Assembly (NCBI RefSeq): GCF_000181795.1
Contig: NW_003526947.1
Coordinates: forward strand, 976,029-1,040,028
Origin: Trichinella spiralis
Taxonomy: Eukaryota
Length of the DNA stretch: 64,000 bases
Direction: 5' to 3'
The position numbers and the translations under genes are program-made. Below are positions 38,976 through 51,300 of this stretch, piece by piece; position 1 is the first letter of the stretch, and every line of letters starts with the position of its first letter. The notes under the pieces were generated by a model. That model was not told the origin of the DNA. It saw only the letters and a list, made by a program, of their open reading frames with translations, and did no database searches.

Positions 38976-41900
38976 CTAGATTTGAGTAGATCCGTCGCTG
39001 TCCAAAAGTAGACGCTGTGTAATTGGTAAATTTCCTCCCGTCAAGTAAATATTGTGCGCTGATGACCGAACCGTATAATCGTTGGTCGAGGGTTTGTTCG
39101 GCGACTCCGGATCACCAGACCCAACTGCTGCAGCACTTGCTTCTTCAGTTTCCGTTTTCGAACTGTCAAGAAAAAAAAAAGAAAAGCACAGGTTAATTTT
39201 TGAATCGAATAAAAAAACGTCATTTATTAATTTTATCCACCTGGGTCCATCGTAAAGCGACTTCGACACTCCCTGGTTCAGTGAGGCTCGCTTTGGATGA
39301 CTCTGCTTTCGTACTTTCTTCTTGTATATATGCGGATTTTCCACATACATATTCGTCACTTTGAACATTCGAAGTTGCGTGTAAACACGCTTCAGTTCAG
39401 CCTGGAAAAGAATATGTATATGTATACGTATAAATAAAAACAAATTATTTATTATTGAAAAAAATCAAAAGAAAAAAGAAAAACCATTAGCATTACTCGA
39501 ATGTCTTCCGGATTCATGTCGGTAATGGGCAGCTCAGCAAAATCCAACGTGCCATTGAGAATACGATCCCTGAGCTTTGCTAAAGACGAATGATTTTGTT
39601 TCGAATCGGATAATTTATTACTGTCATTTTTTGAACTCTCGAATGTTCCATAATAAGCCTATTTCATGAAAAAAACAAAAGTAAATAATAATAATTATAC
39701 TTGATCTTCAACTACTTTGGATAAAATGATCACAGTAATTAATGTGATAGTTAAGTGCACTTGAACGAAACTAAGAAGCATAGTCATGCTTGGCGTAAAA
39801 GTCATCCAAAATTTATATCTAAACAGAAATAAAGTGTCATTAATACGAACAATATACAATGCAAACAAGGTGCATACTCACTTTATAGCATTGATTATTG
39901 TGGTGACAATAATTTCAATCAAAATGGCTACAAAGAATCTGTTCCGTTTCGCTGAAAAAGAACTTCTGCTTTTCACACACAAATATATGCCATAGAATAG
40001 CAAACACAGTTCAGCTAAATAAAGAAAAAGCTGAAATATGACTAATAATTTAAACAAAATTTTTTCAAGCGAAAAAAATGTTCTACTCACTGGCATGCCA
40101 GACAAAATGCCACTTAAACAGTGCACAGGTACTGTACCGTGAATAGGTGATTACATCAGTATTGGAAGTTGTGCTCGGCTCTGATACGATGTGAACCGAA
40201 TCGGTGGACTCTTCGAATTCAAAAATTGCCATTGTCCAAGCAATTAAACCCGTAGTTGTAAATGCAATCATATATCCAATATCTTTAAGTAAAGATCTGT
40301 CGGTATTTATATTTTGATTTGATCTTCTCGGTCGTCGTTCTAGCATGTTGCTTAAAAAAATCAGACACTGTTGGACACTGTTGAATTTATCTGTATCATA
40401 ATGTGCAACATTTACCTATATATAGTTAACACTAGGGCACCGTAGAAGACGGTAAATCCAAGCTGCCTACACCAAGTAATCAGGCAACAAATAACTTTTT
40501 GCGGAGTAAAAAACTCCAACACCATCTGCAATGAAATAAAAGAAAAAAAAACAATAATGATCATTTGTTGTCATTGAATCATGATAATTATCAACTGCAC
40601 AGTCATACTTTGCAATACATCAAAATAGCACCAACTAGTGCCAGTTCCATCAGAGTTATTCTGGCAGATCTGCATTCCTGTATTTTTCGGTTCGTTGCCA
40701 GGACAAAAATGAGAATACAAGCTCCCAAAATGCTGAACACGTTGATAGCCAGAAACACTTTGGACATAATCGATGGGTCGTTTCTTGCCTGCATATCAAC
40801 GACAAACTTTGAGCATTTATGTACCAATATTTCAAGACCATTCTGTAAACTTTCGCCATCAGGTGAGCCATTGATACAATATTCATCAGATGCGTCGCCG
40901 TCCAAGCAACAACATTTGAATGAACCAACGCGAAATCCACCGTTAGGCACAAACACACACTATATTCATATTCATATTCATATTGTAAAACAGCCATTGT
41001 TGAGTAGGCAGATAAAAATAGCAAATTTATGCAAACAATAAAAAACTGTTTTTTCTCATTGAGTTATTTGCATTTTAAAAATTCTAAAATAAAAAAATAC
41101 TTACGCGAGTCAATTTACGATCACAGCCATGTGTGCTGCGGAAAGCCAACTGAGGACTGTCATCACATTGGTTCACGTCAATGGTGTGCATAGGAATTGA
41201 AATGTAAAATGGAGGCATTTCTACACTGTGACGCAGATATCTAAAATAATTAATACAAATATTGAATAATGAAAGCAATTATTTTAGATTTGTAAGTTGA
41301 ATGTTTAATTTGTTAATAACACAATTTCTAATAATAATAATAACTTTATTTTTCAAATAAGGAATAATTTAAATATATTGAGATATTTTATTAAATTTTA
41401 ACTAATTTTATTCGAATAACAAAAAGGTTATGGACAAGCATAACGTTGTTCTGATTTCCTGGATAAATGACAATGGTAAAATTACAGTTTTTTCTCCTAA
41501 ACTAACACTTATTGACATTTGAAGTAACAATTTGAAAAATGTCAAAAAAATATTTGTATTTTTATATCTTAAACAGCTTCAAAAATACTATTAAGTTTTT
41601 TGAATAGAACATCCCTCTGTTTTACTGGAACTGGATTACCATGATAATAGCATAATTTTATTTTTGCAAAATATGGCGTCAATATGAATTAATTTCTGTT
41701 GATGGTTTTGTCAGCAGACAGCAGCTATTACATTAATAACTCTGTCAAATTGCAATTCAAATTAATTGTACAGCAAGTGGACCGGAAATTTTATTTTCAT
41801 TCATGTAATAAATTTGAAAAGAAAAATGTATTACAGTTTGTAATGTTTCAAAAATTCACCAAACTGCATTGTTGGTCTGAAAGAAATAAATTTCAGCAAG

Positions 41901-44900
41901 CCGATGAATGCAGACACTGGAGGAATAAGATCGATAATAACCTAAACGACAGCAAAATCCCACAAGACGAAAAAATATCGATCCCCTAGCCTTGACTTAA
42001 TATGTAACAATGGCGTTACTGGACAAGATACTAGTTTGTAAAAAAAGACAGACAGTAAAGCCAAAAATTTGATACAGCAAATCCACACATATATACATAT
42101 ATGCAAAATGAGAGGATTCATATTAAAAATAAACCAATTTATGGAGAAAAAGAAAAAATAATTTGTTAGATCTACTGTAGTAATATGGAATTTTTTCAAT
42201 ACAGAAAATTCTGCATAACAGTTTATGCACACAAGTTTTAATTTAATGATTGTAAAAATGTTCAGAATGAAACAACAAAATATCAAAATACAATGTAACT
42301 AATTATAAATTCAGATTGAAATTGCAAAATGTAATTATTATCGAAAAATTCAGTTATTTTCTGATTAAAACGAATATTTAATTTACTGTAGTAAGCAGGA
42401 TATGAAAAGCAAAAGAAAAGAAAAGAAAAGAAAAGAAACAGAAATGCACTGTCAGACACTGAAACAATTGGAGTTTTATTCAGCAAATAATATCTGCTGC
42501 TATGTGATAATTTTGCTTTGCTGAAGCAATGATTTTGTGTCAAAATAAACAACACATCAAGAATTCTGAAACAGAATTCTGTTTTGATGAAACGATTTTT
42601 ATTTATATTTTTGAATTATGATAAATCGAAAATAGCATAACATTTTCTCTTAATTATAATTATAAATGGATTTGTGATGTCATAATGGCAAGATAACGTA
42701 GTGCAATTGCAATTTTATTTACGTGAAATCCGTTTGAAAATTAAAAATTCTCCCATGACATTACATTGATGCCTTCGGTTTAATAAATTCTCACAACATT
42801 TTCAAATTTAATTATGTCGACTTTAATCACATCAGGACTGTAATGGATAAAGTTTCCATTCTAAATGATAACAATTTGTTTTATTAAACATGAAAGCAAT
42901 TTTGTACTTCTATCTGTTTAAAGACGATAAGGAAGAAGTTAATTTGTAAAAGAAAAAATATATACTAAACAGGAAAAAATATTTTTCAAAATCTCCTTTA
43001 TTTAATCCACCTTTGAAAAATTTGAAAGAGTTCTCAAAAATGAATGCATGTCCTATACAGTATTTACTACTTTTACCATATCTGAGACAAAAACACAGAA
43101 TATAATTTACACGTATGTCATATTCATGCAGCAATAAAAATAATCATTATCCTTTGACAATACTTTTCTGCCGATTATTTTATTATTATTTTTTTTTATA
43201 GTTTACAAATAAAAATAAATATATTTAAAACATTTTAATATTTTAAATGCTTTTTTTAGCATAAAAAAGCAAAACAACTGCATTGGCATTAGTGTTAGTG
43301 GAATTTCATTGATGACTGGTGATATGTGATGAAAAATTAACCACTTCCAATCCCTTATCCAAGAGATTGAAACAACTGACTAAGTAAAAAACGAAAATTG
43401 AAGAGCAATTAATATTGGAATGTAAATTTTTTAATAAAATTTTCACACAATGCCTGCTGCTATTATTCAACTTAACTTGCCATTTCATTTGAATTACTAA
43501 TGAATTACATGCACGTCTGAAGCTTCATGTCAGCTGACGGCACAACAATAAACGAAATCTACATTCTATGTCGGCTAGCATTCGAAAACAAATCTAATTC
43601 CATTTGAATACCAAAAACTGGTAAAATTGTTCTTGGGCGTGCAATTTTGCTCAATTTTGCTATTTCATGCTATTTCTTGAAAACTACTCCAGCTACGTCA
43701 TAAAATAAAAACTGAAAATTGTTCGTGAGAATTTTATATGTTAAAATTATCCACCATTTTCCACGAATTATAATGGATTCTTCATTGAAAATGGAATGTC
43801 TCTTTGTACATGGATTACACGCTCCCAGTGAAAAAGTGTCAATGTGATGTAGGAATATTATTCATGTTAGAGGATGACAATTTCAACAAAATTGATATTT
43901 ATTTGAACAAGAAATATTATAATAAAAAACCAAACTTTTACAGCTGAACATTAAATACTTTTAACATGATGTCAAATTTCAATTAATATTAATAATTAGC
44001 TTTTCCATGAAAATGTGACACTTCTGGAAGAAGAGATTAATCGATGAAAAGCTGTATGTCAATACTATAGTACCATCGGGTTTCTCGCACAAATTAATTA
44101 AATAAGCTTTCTACACTTCGTATCTATGCAAAATGTAACTCCAATGTAACCAGTCATTGCACAGTTTTATTTGATATTTAACAAAAAATCTAATTTAATT
44201 CAGCTTTTAACATAATTATGTTAACTTTACTTTCTTTCAGGTAGACAAGTTTATTGAAAAAAAAACTAATTTTACCTTATTTTATGGTATATTTTGTTTT
44301 TTGATAATTTTACTTACAATGAAGTTTGACAATTTTGCAATGTTAAAAAAAATTTTTTTTTCTTAAATGATTTGGATACAAATGGAAAAAAATATACATG
44401 TTTTTATGAATATATATATATATATATATTATTTTGGATAATATTGTTGGCTACTAGCCAATCTGCTAATCAGTCAAGCATAAAGTGACGTAATCGCCTT
44501 GAATGCGTCTCGCCGTGTAATTGCAATGGCAGTAGTTTGATGTTTTTGTATTTGGAATGATTGCGATTAACAGCGGCAGGGCATTTGCAGACGCGACGAG
44601 CTTAAAGAGCATCAGACAATGCTTCCCACTAATAAAATCGATAATAAATTCAACACGTTAAAAACAACAGCAACACTAGTATGTTTCAAATAGAAATGCT
44701 AATGCTAATGCTAATGATGATGATGATGATAATGATAATAATAATAATAATAATAAAGATGATGATAATAATAATGAAAAACTTTTCTTTGTTGTCCAAC
44801 AAGTTAAAGGATAAGAATAATTTTCTTTAAGCGTATAAGCAATGATTAAAGAAAGCATCCATCTTGATCAGCAAATGCAGTTCAACAACTTCAAGTTCAG

Positions 44901-45767
44901 CAAACAGCAGAAAAAGGTGAGAATCATTTTGAAAAAAAAATAGTGAAAAGATTATTAAAAATTTTCAATACATAATGACAACAGTTATATAAGTGGACAA
45001 TTTGCGGTTGTTATTTGTGTGCATTGTTTGCGTGAATGTTCATTACCTGAACAATTAGTAATAGCAGCTGTAACATCTGTAGCAGTAGTAGCAGCAGCAG
45101 TAGTAGTAGTAGTAGTAGTAGTAAGCATGCATTTCCCATTTGTAGCACGCTAATTGTACTTTGTAAAATTGGATATATAGTTCAATCATTGGGAAAACGC
45201 CACAATGAAGTGGCTATAATTTGGAATTGTAAGAATAATTTGTTTTTGTTTTTTCGTTAATTTTATTTTGCTTAATGGTGGTGAACAAAATTTATCATTC
45301 TTTTCCATTATTATAAAGGAAAATTTGTACATTATGTGATTAAATTGGTTATTTGTTTATGAGTGGATAAAGATAAATTATAAAGTTGGTTGTTATTGAT
45401 AAATAGAAAACACATGGGCTGGCTATGCATGGTAGATTTGTGGATTTTTAATTAGCTAAATCACTGGCGACCATGGAAATCGCTTATTCTTGAAATATAA
45501 TAAGCTTCAATGACGACACTTGTGGAGCAATCATTGTTGTTGTCTCGCTCGTAATTTTTCAGCACATTCGAAGCATTGATTTGTCAATTTCTTTTTGATT
45601 GAATGCTTCAATAGTTTGGAAAAATTGAAAATGACTTTTGTGTGCAGACAGAAAGACAGCCAAGTATTCGCTTTGGTGGCACTAGTCTAATTTGTTTCAC
45701 TTTGACGGAAACTTGCGTGCACTGTTTTTTAATAAAAAATTATACACACCGTCAGTACAGACGTATT

Positions 45768-45808
<41 letters not shown>

Positions 45809-48332
45809 GATCAAAGAAAATGAATGCTCTGAGAAAAAAAATAGCATGCTCACTTTCTATAATAAGCCATTAAGCTTTTTAATTCTATTCACACACAGAT
45901 ACACACACATTTGTAAGCAGACCAAAGCCAAAGAATGCTGAAATACTAAACTGTGTGTCTACATTGTGTTTTACAAATTTGCTTTGTCAATAAATAAAAA
46001 TAAAAAAAAAAGAAATTATTTTCCTAACTATTCAATTCAAATCAACTCAAAAAAATAAATCCATTAACAGTTGTAATAATAATTTTTTCTGATCACTTTT
46101 AATTATACAAAATGACGTCTGTGATTAAAAGTACATTCATTTTTGGTGTATGTTTTGATTATTTTGTTTCATTCCAATTAACAATTTACATAAGCGACCT
46201 TGTTAATTTTGCACACAACAATAAGTTATACTGTTTTTTGCTGCAAAACTATATCCGTTATATCCTTTTTAAAACTGTTGACTGTGATTTATTTATCACA
46301 ACTTTGCATACCTCTCTACCTATATATATAATCTTATTGTGACTCGATCTTAGAAGCTGAAAAAATTTTAAAGATGCGGAAATGTTTTCCACAAGAGTCG
46401 ATCAATTTCTCTTCAACTGCAATTGCATTCTAAATAGTTCAAAGTTGTTCACTTCAATAAAGAATCTGACAAATCACTTATACCCTCAATCATTGGAAAG
46501 TGTTGACATCTGCTTTTCAACCAGTACAGAACAAAATGCTTACACAAAGCTAAGCTGTCTAGTTTTAACTATTGTTTTTCTTTTTCTTCACCATTATCAT
46601 AATATACTTTACAATTAATTATTTTACTTCAATGCATTCTATCTTCTTACTCAGTTTACAAAGCGAACACGTTCCAAATTTATCATTTCATTCATGCCAA
46701 CAACCACCACTTTCAACAGTAAACAAACAAATGCATTGCTAATTGTATCAATGTTTTAAACATTTGCACAGATATAACTGATAGCTTAAATTTTTCTCAT
46801 TTTACAAGTTCATATTTCTATCAAATATTGATTTTACTTTCAATAAGCTTAAAGGCCCTTTTACGGAATAGATATTTAGAATTAAAAAAAAACAAGTTCA
46901 CTTTGAAACGTTGTTCAAAACAACAGTAATTCTCTACTGTCTGAAATGTCCGAACGGTTGCTAAATTTTTGTCACAAAGCATCGTTATTTGAACACAGAA
47001 AAAAGCATCAACTAATGATCAAATTGTTTCAAAAGCAGATGTGATTTTGCAATTGCAGTCATTAATTTGTTTGCTTTGTTTTTTTTCTAGTTTTGCCTAC
47101 TAATTTTCACATGAAACATGAACACGAATCTCTCTCTCTCTCTCTTTCTGCAACTGTTAGTCGAATGAAGTTGGCATGCAAATTTAACTTTACTTTATAC
47201 ACAATGATAACAACGGTCATTAATTGTTGAAATATTCAAAAGTATTTTCATTCTTTTCTTATATTCATAACTTATTGAACGTGTTCCTTCGAAAAAATTT
47301 ATCTCTGTAAGTTTATTTTTCAGTACAAATAAAAAACGGAGTTGTACATTTCTATTTAAATATTTACCCATTAATTACATCGATAATTTCAAAACTGGAG
47401 TGTAACTTAACGAACAATTGTTCGAATAAATAAATACGAATACGAACGAACTAAATTTTGATAATTTTTTACACGCCTGACAGAAGTAAAAGTGAAAAAT
47501 TTCTAAATTCCTCTGATAATTGAGAATAAAATCAAAAAAGAGAAAGAAAATATAAGAAGAAGAAAAAAAGAAATCATATTTACCGGTTTCCATGATACAT
47601 TTTGGATGAGTTGAAGAATATGATAACTTGCCACATGTGCTTGTCACCCCACTGATCACAAAGTACTTGCCAAAGATATGTGACGTTGTAATTGCCTATG
47701 CGATTCGAAGCGGCTAGCCGACGATGCTGACCGCGTGTAGAAATTAGCATACCCAAACGCCAGCCGAAATTGTTGTCAACTTTCGTAGTGGCATTTGTGA
47801 AGCCCAAAGAGAGGTCTCTGGTCGCCAGTCGCCATGATCCGTTATCCATTTGTAATCCGATCTCAGTAATGCAATCACTGATACGCAACACGCTGAATAA
47901 GAATGTTTCCAATGTTTGCGACTCGTTGCACATTTCAGTCGGCTTGGAACGGCAAAGGAGACCAACAAGAGAAGCAACGGATGCAAGAACACTGCCGTGC
48001 CTTTGAACGGCCAAATTGTGCATCAAATTTTCCGGCACGGCAGTGTCAGTGATCAAATCCCCGCATCGATGTCCACTGTGCATTTTGTCCAGCTTGAAGT
48101 AGTCGGTTAATGTACGAAGCCAACTTTGGCGACTATCCAACGCTGGTTTCACAGATCGACTTTCCAATGTCGAAACTTCAACACCGCTGCAACAAATGTA
48201 CGCACACTGGTGGACAAGTATCAACAAGGCAAAACAGTAATAAACTTTCTGAATTTCTGAACAGAAGGCAATTTGAATATTTCCCGCTTGTCGTATACAA
48301 GCATTTGAGGCTGGCCGGCCAACGCCGGCCAT
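38976..48332 (-). CDS. GPR158/GPR179-like class C orphan GPCR (Cache-like ectodomain, EGF-like module, 7TM, intracellular coiled coil), 788 aa
   Basis: Ten in-phase GT-AG exons: 47584-48332, 41105-41240, 40609-40959, 40416-40525, 40091-40350, 39882-40014, 39701-39818, 39497-39658, 39241-39401 and 38976-39162 (total 2367 nt = 789 codons including the stop). Diagnostic family motifs: IDVNQCDD...FRSTHGCD...CVFVPNGGFRVGSFKCCC, TM3 WCRQLGFTVFYGALVL, TM5 ELCLLFYGIYLC, and DMNPEDIRAELKRVYTQLRMFKVTNMYVENPHI (GPR158 DPEDIRDELKKLYAQLEIYK...NNPHL). The start codon is inferred. Confidence 0.9.
44694..44776. repeat. Compound (AATGCT)n/(GAT)n/(AAT)n simple repeat in GPCR intron 1
   Basis: Seen directly in the sequence. 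Confidence 0.85.
45770..45808. repeat. (CAT)13 microsatellite in GPCR intron 1
   Basis: Seen directly in the sequence. Confidence 0.95.
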
Positions 48333-51300
48333 GCCTAAGCACCGGCTAAGTTGGTTTGGAATCGTTAGAATTTGTTTGTAAGATTATTACAGCGCGTCGA
48401 TACAACCTTGCAACCGCACGACGCTTTCCAGCAGTCGACAAATGACGCTCGTTTCCTTACCACACCTAAATGAAAATCGATGTAATTCAGTGGTGTGCTT
48501 TCATAAAAGGAAGAATAAGCTCTGCGGCGCATCGAATTCCAGCTTTGCCGTCTAAAGCGACCCCGCTGTGTTTCAACGAGTGGTGGCGTCCGTTCCATTT
48601 GTAGACCGACCGACCAATCATAATTCATTTTTTCAACAACAGATAAAAGCTACACTTCAATTTGAATATAAATCCCACCCAATACACACAACAGAATTTC
48701 ATCTACAACGCAAATTAACGAACGCATCCATCCATTCTGAAAATTGAACATCTTCAAGCCTAACGGCTCAAGCCCTTTGCTAATGTCTTGTCAGGACTAG
48801 CCAAGCATTGATTCTCAGTCCTGTCACCAATTCAAGGCAGTCATTGACATTACAGGTGTCAGACTAATCGGTGACATATTCGATTTATCTCATCATTGAT
48901 CTCGTAAGAAAGAAAAACTTTGGTCAGGTCAATCAATTTCACCATCAAACCCAGCAGGTAGATGAAATTTCAGTTTTAACACTAATAATAATGTTAATTA
49001 ATAATTACCACATCACTGACGGACGCCTGCATGGCAAAAAATTACCTACTCAATCGAATTTATAATCTACATTACAATATTGGAATATTTATTCAGCTTT
49101 TCAACTTTTCTTTTTTGAATATTAAAATTCCAGAATACAAAATAAATCATACAAATGTGAGTGTTTTTTTTCTGTTTGATTTCTTTGTTTTTTGTTTTTT
49201 GAAGTAGATCATCATTTCACTCAAACATGAAAAAAAATACATACGTTTTCATACGCATCGAGAATTGCGAGTTTTTTCCCCAATAACATGCACAAAATTT
49301 TTGATCTCAATAATTCATTGGAGAAAAATGTTAATGAAAAAAAAACATCTGATAATACATTAGCTGAAAAACGAAATTGCGAATCTATTTTAAATTTACG
49401 AACATGAAACTTTAAAATGACAAACTATTGAACTGGAATATGCTTGCAGTTTTGTTTTATTCACCTCACTATTGAATCAGGCCAGTCGTACACATAATAA
49501 GGAAGCAATATAATTAGCTAAGTTGTTGTCATGAATGAACGTTCACACAATCCCCGGTTCTACTGGGAATCTATTCTCGAGGGTAAACGAGCTGAAACAA
49601 AGCGAAATATATGCACTTGAGATTGCAAATGTATGCCATGCTATATGCAATCGCACAACCATTTCCATAACCAACATCGTAATTTAAATCAGCTGTAAAT
49701 CATGGAATTTTTCTTAAACTGAAAAGAACAACAGATTTGAAAAGAAAAAGAAAAAATTTTTTTTCCTTTCTCATGTCGACTATACTTCCGACATTTTAAT
49801 AGCAGAAAAGCAATAATTTGTAATGCATTATGGAGCATAAATTAATTATCTGAATGCAAATGAACCATTCGGGTACTTTGAAATATTTTCTCAAATGCGC
49901 TGATGAATTGATGGCTATTGCGAATTGTTCAAAGCATGAATAATAAAAATTCGAAAATTGAATGAACGCGCTGGGCTATTTTGGTTTAAAAATTTGAAAA
50001 TTATTATTAAATTACTAAACTCTCGAATAAGTTGTGTTCATTTCGAGAACAACATTGTTGAAATAAATGATTAACGAAAAGGGGGGGGGGGAAATTTCTA
50101 TTTTTTCCAATTCATTCAAATATGTAGCTGCAATTGGCGACAAAATCAATTTGACCTGACAGTTGTTCAAGAAAAGGCGTCAAATTTGCTGAATAGCATT
50201 TCCGAAATTTCGTTGCGTAATATCCTTGGCAAAAATTGAAATGAAAGAAGCAACATTGAAAAGATCCTTTCAGATCGTTTTAAAATTTCTGTTCGACTGT
50301 AAACGACGAACAAATTACAAAAAGAAACTGTCAACTTTTTGTTACAGTATAAAATTTCGAAGAATTTTATTTCGAAATTTTGACATCGATGTGAAAATTA
50401 AAAGGCACATTTGTCACAGGCAAAGCATATTCAAGCCAAATGTGCAACGAACAACTGAAAATGAAAAACAAGCTGTCTCATCACACACACACACACACAA
50501 CAGTCGCCAATGAGTAGCGCTAATTGAATTTTCCAAACATTCACTTACTTGCAAATAGCTCTACACTAGCACATTCATTTAATGCTGCCAGGATTGATAA
50601 AATAAAACCAAATGAAAATTTACTACTTCCAACTGTAACAATGCAATGAATTAATAATTAATTGTTTAAATAAATTAAATTAAATTAAATTAAAATTTGT
50701 TCAATTGTCAAAATATTTAAATTATCATTTTTCTTTTCTGATACTTTTAATAATTTTTTCAACTTTTTTTTTCTTCAGTTTTATGCGTATTGTCAAAACT
50801 ATTTTTTCAATTCAGTGTAAATCAATCGCGATGCTGTAAATAATAATAACAAAATCAACGAAAAGATTAGGAAAAATTCGCTTGCAGGGAAATAACTTCT
50901 TTTGAAAAGCATCTTTGTTTTATAACATTTTTGCAATTTGTTCAGCTTTTAGCTTATCCGTTCTTGTTTCAGCTTTTGGACACACACTTAAAATATAGCT
51001 CTGGGTGAAAATGTGCTTTTCAATCAAACGAACTGAACGATAATTTTTGTCAGCAATAGAATCAAATGAAGAGCGGAAAAAGATTCATTGTGCACTGTCA
51101 ATATTTGAAACATCAATATATTTAATTAACACTGTAGCTCCCATTTTAATCCTTATCTTATCCAAACGACATTAAGAAATTAATTAACATCAGCCTTATA
51201 CACATACATACATACATAAATGTATGTATACATCTATCTGATGGTTGAAAATATACAGATCATTTTTATTTCAGAGTAAAATAAGCCATCTGATAAAGAT

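Noticed and set aside
16961..48332. U12-type (minor) introns in the two large genes
   Set aside because: All junctions I checked are ordinary GT-AG without the RTATCCTT 5' consensus. Not every TRRAP intron was checked.
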